A stretch of DNA of 63,676 nt, filler included, from Choristocarpus tenellus KU-1152 (Eukaryota > Protista > Phaeophyceae): the NCBI GenBank assembly GCA_964200185.2. It is 8 parts of 8 records of this genome, joined end to end, with 100 filler letters (N's around TTAATTAATTAA, not from the genome) between each part and the next. Parts side by side here need not be neighbours in the genome. Positions count along the whole stretch, not along the records: positions 48,478 to 58,142 come from CAXNAD020003490.1; positions 58,243 to 63,676 come from CAXNAD020010790.1; 6 more parts are not named here. One strand, written 5' to 3'. Within the stretch, counting starts at the first letter, position 1, and each line of letters opens with the position of its first letter. Both the position numbers and the translations under genes were made by a program. The notes below the pieces were generated by a model that was given only the letters and a program-made list of their open reading frames with translations, was not told where the DNA came from and made no database searches. Of this stretch, positions 49,809 through 62,039 are shown in pieces.

Positions 49809-51259
49809 ACAGGCCACCAGAAAGAGTCACATGCAATAGACCAAACCACTTCCAACGTTGAGCATCAGTTAGAAAGAAAATACATTGGGAAGGCGTTTCT
49901 TGTGGTATAGAGTATTTACAACATCAAGTCTGATTTCACGGAGATTTTACAGTAACACCAAATTAATCACAATAAAATAATAACAATAATGATGAAAATA
50001 AATTGTGCCCTGCAAAGTGTTTGAGGTGATGCTCAACAGAAAGAGGAACTATCAATCAATATATTAATCAAATAACACAATAGCAATAGCAGACAGGTAT
50101 CACCAAGTCAGTACAATCCCTAACCCTAACCCTAACATCCAAAATAAAAATAATATGCAAATATGTACACATATATATGTGCACATATACACATTTATGT
50201 TCTGTGTGTACAATACCTAGAACTCTTCTAAGTCACAACACAAAAGTTCCTCCAAAAGGGGGAAATGAAAGATCTGCTGAGATTTCAAAGAGAGGTGTCT
50301 CATCCTGCAAGGAAGTCATCTCCCAAGAAGGCTCTGGCTCTATCTCAAAGACCACCCAATGGATACTCCTCCCCTACACAGTACAATTTTACCACTACAC
50401 CAGACTGTAGGACATTCGCTCTCTTCATGCCATCAGTGAATAATAATAATACTAATAGCAATAATGATAATAGCAATAATAATAATAATAGAAACAGCAA
50501 GAATGATAATAATAACAATAATAAAAATTATAATAACCCCAGCCCTGAGTCAAAGGAAACAAAAGAAGGGTGTTTGTGTGCATTAGGATGTTTGATACTT
50601 TTCTGAAGTAAGGATTTCTTAAAGAAGACAAAGGCGATCAATAAAGGACAAACTAGCTGTAAACTGAATGCAAATAAGATTTTTTTTTTTAAGTCACACC
50701 TGTGGACTGAGTGAACCACCAAAAAGCCAGAGGGGCACCCCCTCCCTCAGTTACTTCAACTCCCCAACCCAAACCCTAACCCTAACCCAAATATTAGTAT
50801 CCCTAACCTTTGTCCCACAATCAGTTTTACAACTCTCAAATACTTTTCTCATCATACAAATACCCTAACCCTAACCCAATTCAAACCAAGTAGTTACATT
50901 ACTCAGTTCACACTATATCAATAAAATAGACTTATTCTATTTCAAGGCACCAGTTTCAAAATTGAACAATTCCCTGGACCAGGATATGCAAACCACTTCA
51001 CCCGATACTAATAAAGGTTAGGGTTAGGGTTAGAGGAGAAGAAGCCTTCCAAAACACACAACATAACACCTTCTACTACAAAATCCTACTCACTTACCAA
51101 ACTGAACAATGTTATTGTTATTACTACTATTATTATTATTATTGATAATGATAACAATAACATAAACAAAAGTGTTCCAAAATGTACCAACTACACACAT
51201 AAAATCTTATTTTAAAGAATGAAATATTTTGAAGAATTAAAAAGAAATATTTTAGTCAC

Positions 51260-54200
51260 CTGCTAAACCTCCTTCGGGCACTACCACTGATGATGCCATC
51301 TCTTGTTGGCTCCCTTGGCTCCACCAGCAATGATACTCCAGCAGTACCAAAGTGAACAGGGCTTTGGTGAACAGGGTCAAACCCTTCTCACAGGGTTAGG
51401 GTCAGGGTTAGGGTTAGGGCTAGAACTTAGTGCAGAGTAAATAAAGAGTAATGCATATACTGTGTACTCAGGGATAGGGTTAGGGTTAGGGTTAGGGTTA
51501 GGGCTAGAACTTAGTGCAGAGTAAATAAAGAGTAATGCATATACTGTGTACTCAGGGATAGGGTTAGGGTTAGGGATAGGGCTAGAACTTAGTGCAGAGT
51601 AAATAAAGAGTAATGCATACACCATGTACTCAGGGATAGGGTTAGGGTTAGTACCATCAATTCCTGCTTTATTAGAAGGTACGAACTCTATCTACACCTT
51701 TTTTGTAATTCAACAAAAAATTATTTTAAACATGATACCATTTAGAGTAAATTTCAATTCTTCAAGTCAATGAATGCTTTTTTTTGCACCCTAACCCTAA
51801 CCCTAACCCTAACCCTAACCCTAAGAAAGCAAGGAGAGGTAGTATAATCCTGTCCTCAAGTACTACACCCCAAACATCGTCATGAAACAAGCCACTACTC
51901 TCAAAAACACTCTTGAGAAAAACTCTATGCATGAACATGCACTAAAAAACGCCAACCTTAGTTATGGAAAACTCTGTTTTGTATCAATAACTTGGCTCTC
52001 TAGATCAACCCACCTGATCCCAAATCATAAAAGGTACACCACTCACTCAGTGTCAATACAGGGTATACCTTACCTGCAATACCTTCAAGGACACCCCAAC
52101 ACTAAACCTAACCCTAACCCTAACCGACCTCGGCGATATGATGCTATAAAAAATAAAATACAATGAACATACATGCCGTTGATCAATGATAAAAAATAAA
52201 ATTTGCATACACACACATGAATCAAAAGTTATGGAAAACAACTACACATCCTTAACCCTAAAACCAACTGTAAATCAACAGCTACAAAATATTAACATCA
52301 GCGGTTTCAAAAAAAGATGTACATACACAAAGGAATTATGGACATTAAACCATCAAGTAAAAACATTCACGGTAGAGTAAAATACGTTATCTATACAAAG
52401 AACCATGGGCAGTAAACAATTAAATAATATCGCTTGCCAGTAGAAAGAATCATGGACATCAAACCATTAAATAAAAACATGGATGGTTGAAGAAGTGTCT
52501 GTCCTTGCTAAGAGGTATGACTACTAACCATAGTCCTTCTGATTTCTGTTGGTGCTCTTGCTGAAGCTGACAGCCACCTCCCCTTTGACTCCCTTAGGTC
52601 GCATGTCAAGGTATCCTGTCACACCATGGGTCTGCACACAAAAATGAAAAATAACAAAAAACTGAAATACCTTAGACATACACGTATGTATGTATATATA
52701 TGTATGTATACATACATAAGAGAAGCACATAAATAAATTCACACACAAACACATCTATCTAATAGTATGAAAAAGCTAAACATAGACATGAGTGAAACTA
52801 TCTACAACAGAGTGATCAACAATGACCCTTTTCCTCAACAGCCAATGAGATCAAAACGTAGGTGGTCATCCTCTAACACCACAACTTCTCAAAAATAGGG
52901 TTAGGGTTAGTGTGCAGCTCTTGCATGAGGGTTAAGGGTTAGGGTTAAGGTTAGGGTTAGTGTGTACCTCATGCATGAGGGTTAAGGGTTAGGGTTAAGG
53001 TTAGGGTTAGTGTGCACCTCATGCATGAGCACGGGGCGCATATTGCATGAACACTTCAAAAGGGATCAACATATATATATGTACAAATAGTAATAATAAT
53101 AACATATTTATACATATACATGTGTGTCTGACACCTGCAACCCCCCTCTCAGACCGTTTCACTCATTATTATTATTATTATTATTAATGATCTCACATTG
53201 CTGTTCCAGGTGAGGCCCCTGTCGTCCATCAGTACCAAAATGTCTCCAAAAGTAACCTCCTCCCCTTCTCTCTTTTGTCCAGTTGGATCCAGTATCTGAC
53301 AACACACAACACACAACACACAACACACAAAAGCAAAAAAATAAATAGTTAAAATAAATTAACAATGAAATGGTTAGGGTTAGGACTATTCTAAAAAACA
53401 TTTAACAGGAACCGATGCGATGCCAAAAAACATTTAAAAAAAATAATGAACTAATAAAAACAAAATTATTTGGTTTAGGACTATTATAAGAACTGCAGGA
53501 AACGATTCAACGCCAATAATAATAATAATAATACATAAATAAATAAATATAAAATGTTGCTGCCAAACCAAAAAAAAGAAGTGATTGTTCACTGTGTGCT
53601 CGTCTCAAAGTGCACAATTGTAGTCAGCATTTTTACAACAATATCTGCAACCCTAACCCAAACCTTAACCCTAACCCTATACTATATTACTCTGCATCAT
53701 CAATCATAAACAAAAACAATAAACAATTAGGACAAAAGAACACACACACACACATACAGATGTTTCAAAGTATCGTAACAGGCACGTAATACACAAAATG
53801 ACTCTCCTTGGCACAAACAAAAGCACCAAAAATATTCACCATGACAAAACTAAACTCAAGCTGAACTCTGTAACTCTATAACTCTTAACCCTAACCCTAA
53901 CCCAAAAAAAGAACTCGCCCTAAGGCTTACAAATCTCATCCCTATATCACCCAACAAAACACAGCCCGGACACTCCATTAAAAAAAAAATGCAAAGTGAC
54001 AACGAGTTATAACCCTAACCCTAATCCTAACCCTAATCCTAACCCTGATCATAATCAACCACCCAACTCATTATACCAAAAAACAACAAACCCTAACCCT
54101 AACTAGTTTTTCAAGTATCAAACAACACAAGATTGAACCGTCAGAAACCAAGCAACACACAAGTAATCATCAAGCCAATCAACTACATAATTACCCAACG

Positions 54201-56791
54201 AACCAACAACCAACTGATAATTGAAGTAACAAGCAAACACAAAACATTAATACTGACCAACTGACCATACAACGACCTAATGAACCAATAAACAAACCAA
54301 ACCAACCAACCAACCAATAAACACACACTGATCAACCAACCGACCAATCAACGTATTGAATGTCTGCGAAACTGTCTAATCAACCAACCAACAAACAGGC
54401 AAACCAACCAACAAACTCACCCTAAAGTTGCATTCCTTGTACCCATCCCCCTCCCCCCGCCCTCCCACAACAGCCAGTGCCCTCCTCCCCAGAAGCCTTC
54501 TCTGAACAGAGTGCACCTTTCCATAAACACCAACAAACCCTAACCCCAAACCCAACCCTTGGGCATCATCAACAGAACTGTCGTGTCCATTTCTCTCTTT
54601 GTCCTCCTCTCCATCACCAGCGTTGGTGTTGTATGATTGGGAGGTTTGTGGCGAAGCTGCGTTGTCATTGGTGGAGAGTTGTTCGCTGCCATTGTCCGGA
54701 ACCAGCCAAGAGATATTACATTGTGTGTGCACTGTGTTACTGGCTGTGTTGTGTTGTTTTGTGTTGTGTTGTGATGTGATGCGTGTGTTGATCTTTGAGG
54801 TGTACATACAGATCATAAATGAATCGGGTTAGCATATCGCAAGAGGTGATATTTCTTGGTTAAAAGCGTCAATGTCCTGTCATACAACAACAGGACACCA
54901 TCGACCTCAAACAGGTGTTCAAGTAGAGTAGGCGTGATTTCTAGGAAAAAAAAATCAATTGAAATACTTCTGAGATATTTCATAACCCTAACCCTGAGAG
55001 TTCCTGTAGAAAATAGAAAAAAAAAACAGAGAAAATCGAACAGACTGCTACCACAAAAAAAATAAAGCTAAACAAAATTAGAATTAACAGTAATTACCTA
55101 CACACATTGACAAACCAAAATTAGAATTAACAGTAATTACCAACACACATTGACAAACCAAAATTAGAATTAACAGTAATTACCAACACACATTGACAAA
55201 CCAAAATTAGAATTAACAGTAATTGCCAACACACATTGGGTTAGGGTTAGGGTTAGGGTCACACATTGACAAACCCTTCTTTCGATTTCGATCGCTACTA
55301 CACCTAAACCACTTACAAATAAATAAAAAAAACTTGAATTGTTTGCAAATATTTCAATCCCTAGTGACATTCACTCTTCTGGCATGGCAAGGATGGAACC
55401 ACATGGACAAGAGCCACCATACAGCCACACTACCACACGGTTCCATCTACTGCATATAATCCACTCATGTCTCGGACAAGAGCCCTTGACCAAACTGGTG
55501 TGGCCCTGTTTGACTGGACTGCAAAAACAATCACTTCAAGTTTCCAGGTCGTTGTCTCCGGTCGTTGTCGAAGCAAAAAAAGAAAAAGAAAAGAACCATA
55601 AATATTATTCCAATTCTCAACTGCGGTAAAGAACCATGAATATTATTCCAATTCTCAACTGCGATAAAGAACCATAAAATAGTGTTATCTGATTTTTGAT
55701 TGCGGTAAGAATAATAACTAAGAAACGATTCTGTATTTTAAACCACGAAGAGAACAGTTGTAGAATAAAATAATTCTGAATTTCCAATTATGGTAGAATA
55801 ATAACAAATCAATGATTCCGAGTTTTGCAAAGAGAAAATGCGATTCTTTCTAGATAGTGCAGAGAACATTTCATCGACCCACACCATCTCCCGTTTCCTC
55901 AAACACGTGAGCAAGATAGAGGGGGGTATGTACAAACCTCTACAACAAACATCTCCACATCACATCACATCACATCACACCACACCACACCACCCCACAA
56001 AGGCTATAAAAAATCATACTCACACACCCCCCTTACACAATGAAGCAGCACCTCCCCTGCAGCTTGAAACAAAGATGATAATAAAGGATACATTAAACAA
56101 TATTATTTTATCATACCATGAATTGACAATGGTAAGTGACTTCATTAACTGATACTATCGCACGGGAATGGTAGTGACCACTCACCTAGCACGGAGTCTA
56201 AGACGATCTCCATACTTGAGGACCAATCCAGGCAATCCCTCTTGAGGTACCCTTGGGGAAGTCAAGGTCCGGATGGACTCCTTGCCCTGGTCCTGTCCTT
56301 GGTCCTCTTTTTGGCTCTCTGCTTCCTTAATGCTCGTGTTGATACTGGCATTTGTTGAGGTTGCTGAAGATGAGCCGGAGGAGTTCTTCCACCATCCTTT
56401 GCTGCCGTTCACATTTATATTTTTTATTTATATTTATGCACATTAGAGACAGACAGACAGACAGAGATGAAGTAGGGTTAGGGTTAAGATATCTTTTTGG
56501 GATACGCTATAAATATAATACAAAACCAGACAGGTCCCAACTCCCGTTCTCAATGCAATCATAAAAAATAAAATAAAAACACACACACACACTTAGTCAC
56601 ACAACGACCTAAACATCAGAAATGTAAAATAAAAAAAACTCGGTTTCATCCTTCTCCATTATTTTCTCATTCTTTTTTTAGAAACCAAGTCGAAATCCCC
56701 CACCAAAAATTGCAAAAAACAAACGTATTTTCTTCTCCCAAATGCCTGACACACACTTCAAAGGACACTCGTCATTTCTGCATTTAAATAA

Positions 56792-56822
<31 letters not shown>

Positions 56823-57518
56823 AATACTATTCATATTTATAATCTATATGAAACAGACAAGCGTCCTTCCGATTTTTAACCCTCTTTACTCTTCTTTTTT
56901 TCATTCCCAAATCATTATACTTCTTCAGAGTATCAAATGCGCACAAAAATACTGCCATATATTTTACAAACTCCAATACTATTCAATCGTCCGGTGAACA
57001 CTAACAAACAATACTCATCCCTAACTCCAACAATTTCAGTCATACAGTAAACACCAATAAATCCAATCATTACCAAACCCTAACCCCAAAAAACACAGCC
57101 TAAGTTTCTAATCATTCAGTAAACACCAACAACCCAACCATTACCAATCCCTAAACCCACATTCCTTACATACATCACACACTAACCTGAAGTATCTCCC
57201 CTTGCCCCTGCCCCTACTGGCCCCTTCACCCTCCAATATACTTGGTTCAATCTCAAAATGACCAGGCACTCCACTCAGATTGACTTCGACCCCAGTACTC
57301 TCAAGACCATGTCTTATCCCCCCTGTACCACCAAGGCTGTTGGTACTATCATAGTCATGGGTGCTCCTGACACTGTGAAGGCCATCCCCTCCGATGCATG
57401 AGTGCTCCTGAGAGGCCTCAGATGAGAGGGCTGATGAGTTGGCCTTGTCTACTCCTCTCTTCCAGAAGGAGCTGGTTGCCTGCATATTTGAAACATGATC
57501 CATATTTGCATCATTACT
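51260..57518 (-). CDS. Uncharacterised multi-exon protein (partial)
   Basis: Exons ~57518-57187, 56401-56186, 54739-54421, 53295-53197, 52631-52529 and 51383-51260 have compatible phases. Globular-looking segments: LVLKYGDRLRLRA, FVGVYGK, ECNFRILDPTGQKREGEEVTFGDILVLMDDRGLTWNSNTHGVTGYLDMRPKGVKGEVAVSFSK, PVHFGTAGVSLLVE. Confidence 0.7.
51391..51651. repeat. Composite array: ~55-bp unit x3 alternating with (GGGTTA)n
   Basis: Unit GGGCTAGAACTTAGTGCAGAGTAAATAAAGAGTAATGCATATACTGTGTACTCAGGGATA, separated by telomeric tracts of variable length. Confidence 0.9.
55073..55276. repeat. 43-bp tandem repeat, last unit interrupted by (GGTTAG)n
   Basis: AAAATTAGAATTAACAGTAATTACCAACACACATTGACAAACC, about 4 units. 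Confidence 0.9.
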
Positions 57519-57574
57519 CTACTGCTGAGACAAAAGTAACGATAGAATAAGTACACTTGTGTGTACATACAAAA

Positions 57575-57925
57575 AAGATAATATATTTACCACATACAAA
57601 AAAGATTTGAAAAATATTATTACACACACACACATTAAAAAGAAAAATAATATTTACCACATACAAAAAAAAATGAAAAATATTATTACACACACACATT
57701 AAAAAAGAAAAATAATATTTACCACATACAAAAAAAAATGAAACATATTATTACACACACACACATTAAAAAAGAAAAATAATATTTACCACATACAAAA
57801 AAAAATGAAAAATATTATTACACACACACACATTAAAAAAGAAAAATAATGTTTACCACATACAAAAAAAAATGAAAAATATTATTACACAAACACATTA
57901 AAAAGAAAAATAATATTTACCACAT
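57575..57925. repeat. ~65-bp AT-rich tandem repeat
   Basis: ATAATATTTACCACATACAAAAAAAATGAAAAATATTATTACACACAC.., about 5.5 units. Confidence 0.9.
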
Positions 57926-58871
57926 CAACGTGCGTGTAGCAGTATTTTTCAAATATTTTTGCTGTGGTGCCAGTCTTAGTTTATTCAATTGGTCTTAGTT
58001 AATTCATTTAGTCTTTGTTTATTCAATCGGTCTTAGTTGAGTCAATCGGTCATATAATTCGGCAACCCATGGATAGATGACAACTGTGCACTCTTCTCCT
58101 TAGTTCCACAATTGTATACAGGGTCAAAGTATCTGGGGGGGGNNNNNNNNNNNNNNNNNNNNNNNNNNNNNNNNNNNNNNNNNNNNTTAATTAATTAANN
58201 NNNNNNNNNNNNNNNNNNNNNNNNNNNNNNNNNNNNNNNNNNCCCCCCCAGATACTTTGAGCCACGATCACCCTCCTTCGGGAGGTTACTTCAGTCCTTC
58301 CCACACACTGAACAAGGTACGTGACCGATAGTGGTGGCCCATGTTTTAGATAGATGTCAGATATTAGTATGAGAGTTGTATTCCACACTGGACCCACTGT
58401 TAAGATTATCAATCGTGTGCCTTTGGTAGAGAACAATATGTGGCTTGGTGTGAATATATTATGTTAGTGTTGCAAGGGGCTTGTGGTCTCAATTTAATTG
58501 ACTCAAGTAGTTGGGGTGAGACGGTTGTAGTCTACCATGTGGGATTTGCAACATCCACATAGATAACCAGAAAAGAAAGCTACCACTGGATCACAAGTAG
58601 CATATGATGCATGAACGGATATTGATGTAAACACAAACTGGCTTTAGCTTTCCTCATCTACTCCACTCATGGTATCTATAGTGTATCAGCAGCACCAGCC
58701 ACCAACATTCTCCCTTGTTGCACAGAAACTGTACATCCTTAAATCCTAACTCTATAAAAACATGAGAACTTCTAGCAGCACGCTAAAACAATGCTACTGC
58801 TATTACACTCTAGCATCCATGTTGATAAATCGATTCTGTATGGGTTTTGGAAATCAGGCATTACCCTTCTA

Positions 58872-59615
58872 CTGTCCTATTGCAGTCTTCGCGAGAACAT
58901 TCTCGGATCCTTTCTCCTTTAGGTCCTTGGCAATACCATGCTGCTGCTCCTACAGTGAACAAATCTCCCTAGTACATACAACTAACTCACTGGAAAACAA
59001 CAGTTGCCATCAATATTGGTGTTATTGGGTCATTGAAATCAGCCACTTATCCATTCTAATTGCAGGCATATGCGGAAATATTATCGGGTACTTCTCCTGC
59101 ATGTCCTGGGCAGTATCATATTGCGTCTACCACAATCCACGAAACCTCCCTTGTGCATCACTACAATTACACTACTAGAAGTCACTTGAGTACTGATGCT
59201 ATTCAATATTGTCCTATCGCAGTCTAGTGTGGAAACATTATCAGGTACTTTCACCTGCAGATCCTTGGGAACATCATGTTTCTTCTTCCACAATCCATGA
59301 AATGTCTCTTGTGCACCACTACTACAAGTCACTGGAATACAGGTGTTACTCGTATCCTATTGCAGTCTGATGTGGAAACATTCTTGAATAGTTTCACCTG
59401 CAGATCCTTGCCAATACCATGTTTCTTTTTCTATCACATTCCACGAAATCTCCATAGTACATCGCTACTACAGGTCATTGGAATACAGCATATAATGGGG
59501 TTGTCACTTCTTACCTATCCTATCACGGTCTTCATGAACACATTCTTGTGCACTTTCTCTTGCAGGTCCTTGGCAATACCATGTTGCTTCTCCTGCAATC
59601 CACGAAATCTCTCGA
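58872..59615. repeat. Diverged ~100-bp unit x5 with variable linkers
   Basis: TCCTATTGCAGTC...CTGCAG(A/G)TCCTTGGCAATACCATG...TCCACGAAA units start near 58875, 59053, 59212, 59355 and 59518. Confidence 0.75.
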
Positions 59616-60965
59616 GGACTTCCTTGTGGACTGTCCGTTGAATTTGGCACAGTTGAACTTGCTTGTTCACGTGTCTGCCTTGACTCGGCATCCAAATCGA
59701 GCCCCTACAGATGATATTGGGGCTACGGAGGGTAAGGTCGCAATCGCTAACAGATAGAGTGACGTCCACATGAACTGCAAAACCAAGAAATCCTCTTCCT
59801 ACTTTCCAGCGAACGTGGAGATGTTGGTGACCTTAGTAGTGCTAGTAGCCATCTAGTATACACAGCTACTATTCAGCTACCACCCTGTCACCCAATACAA
59901 CGTCCCAGGAATAATAGGTTCGCCGCAGCGTGTTGAAGTATTCAGCGGTAAAGATGATCGATTGTGTGCGTTACTTGTGTATGGTCTTGGTTATACTACT
60001 AGATTAACTATGGACACTACTGGTAGAGTAGATAATAGGATGGAGATCCAGTGATGAAGGATGATCAAGATGTATCGACTCATTTTTATGCAGTCATGGA
60101 TATTATGTTGTAAGTATTATGTTGTACTGAAGATAGGTAATTGAGTGATTCATAGAAAGTTAGTGTACGTTGTTCCGAAGGTGGATTTCCCATCTCTATC
60201 CAGATCATCGTGATCCTCCCCACTTCCTCAGTTCCCCACTTTTTCTTGTAAGTCCTTTCAGTCTTGTATTTGTCCAATAATAACCTCGTCCTCTCGGTTA
60301 CAATTCGTCTTCGTCCGTCTGATCCGTCTTGTCCAGCGATTCTCTTCACCATCCTTGTCTGAGCGAACCACGCCGCCACAAAATCACCCCATCCATATAT
60401 TCAAGTTTATAATTATATCCTGCACATAGTGTACAAAGTAGGAAGTACTATTCCATGTATGTTTCATAATATTATCCCTTCTAACATTTCGTAGATTTTG
60501 TAACAAAGTACTATGATGGTGATATAGAAACGTAACTATGTGAATCACATTGTTCTTTGGCGGCGTGGTTCACTCGGGTAAGGTTGGTGAATAGAATCAC
60601 CACGGACCAGATGGACCAACACGAACCGTGACCAAGAGGAGAGGATGAGGTGAAGGTTAGAGGGCGAGGTTCAGGTTGAACAAGTGGAACAACTGGAGAG
60701 TGAAGGGGATCTCATGAGAGGGGAGTCATCAGAATGTCAACACGCGACATCAATTTTTCTCGTTGATGTTTTATATCTCTGATCGAAGAGATATCTACTA
60801 CCGGTGGGATTGGTCTTTTGGAAATATTCCATGCCCCAATCTCAGGAAAAATCCTCCACTGGAATCTGGGATTCCTGACAAGGAAACTCAATTGTATAAC
60901 AGTGTATGGCAACGGCACTAACGGTATAATAACAGGCAACCCTACTTCCACAGTAATAATAATCG

Positions 60966-61262
60966 TAGGTTCGCCAACAAATACCAATGGTGAAGCGCCT
61001 GGGGCAACTTGGCATAGGAATGGGCATCCCTTGCGCTATGGAGGACGGCAGCTCATTCACTATAAATAGGCATTTCCGCATGGATCTGGTCTTCCATGCT
61101 GGTGCACTCACTGACACCGGATCAGCTCCCTATAGAGACAAAGGTCTCCTCCAGGACGTTACCTTTGCTGAAGTGCAGGTAGCATCTCACCTGCCACACT
61201 CATCCACCAGCGATGGTGTAGCTGCTACCGGAGCTGAGGCACGAAAGCGCGCACACTCGTAG
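60966..61262 (+). mobile_element. CRE-like element RLE fragment
   Basis: MVKRLGQLGIGMGIPCAMEDGSSFTINRHFRMDLVFHAGALTDTGSAPYRDKGLLQDVTFAEVQVASHLPHSSTSDGVAATGAEARK. Confidence 0.85.
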
Positions 61263-62039
61263 ACCCAGTCAGCTGATTTCCTCCTCGGTAGACACAGGGG
61301 TTTTGGAATGTACTAGCCAACGCTACTGTCATGGGATCGAATCCCGGCATGGTTACATGGTTACACATCCGTCAAAGCCTAAGCACGCCGCCAGGATACA
61401 CAACCTCACATTAGTAACTATCCCGCCAAAGTTGGTCACTGATTAGAGGGATAGCAACCCTCGGGCGAAACCTCATCAAGTCTAACAGCTTGCGATCCCC
61501 GGGATAAGCTTTTGTTGAAACATCCTTTTTTTGTCTTTTTTTGCCTTCTCCCCTTCATATTTCTTGTTTTCCTACATGAAAATTTCTGCCACGCGTGAAC
61601 CTGAATAATATAGTATAGATAACAATTTATATAATTCTTACTACGTATTATGATAACAGTAGTATTGGTGGCACTGCACATACTCTCCAAGACCTTGGTC
61701 GAGAAAAGCCTGTACACCCTATTCATGTGCTTCATAAATCTACAGAGCAGGCAAGTCTGTTATTGTGATCTCCTGTAGATTGTGCTGCCATACCTCCAAT
61801 TATATCTCTGTCACTCACCAATTTCATGATGCTGTGCTTGCATGTGCTTGCATGTATGATGGTGAGTGCACAGACCGCTTCGAGGTTCTTTGGCAGGGGT
61901 GTCTTTCTCCGATCCTCTTTGGCGTTCACCTCTGACCCAACCATCTCTAAGAACCTTATTGTCGTCAAGAAACCGATTACAAACAGCCCAATCAGAGGGG
62001 GAGGGGCACCAGGAAGTTGGACAACTCTAAAATGACGTT

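Noticed and set aside
50240-50375. Possible further minus-strand exon of the contig 7 gene (GRSIHWVVFEIEP...)
   Set aside because: Phase and splice support are insufficient to link it to the exon ending at 51260.
51391-51651. CRISPR array or true chromosome end
   Set aside because: The intervening units are near-identical rather than unique spacers; the tracts are short, intronic and in mixed orientation across the contig.
58872-59615. CRISPR-like repeat-spacer array
   Set aside because: Units are ~100 bp and highly diverged, the context is eukaryotic, and there are no cas genes.
61325-61395. tRNA or tRNA-derived SINE (GGGATCGAATCCC resembles a T-arm)
   Set aside because: No cloverleaf or A-box could be built.
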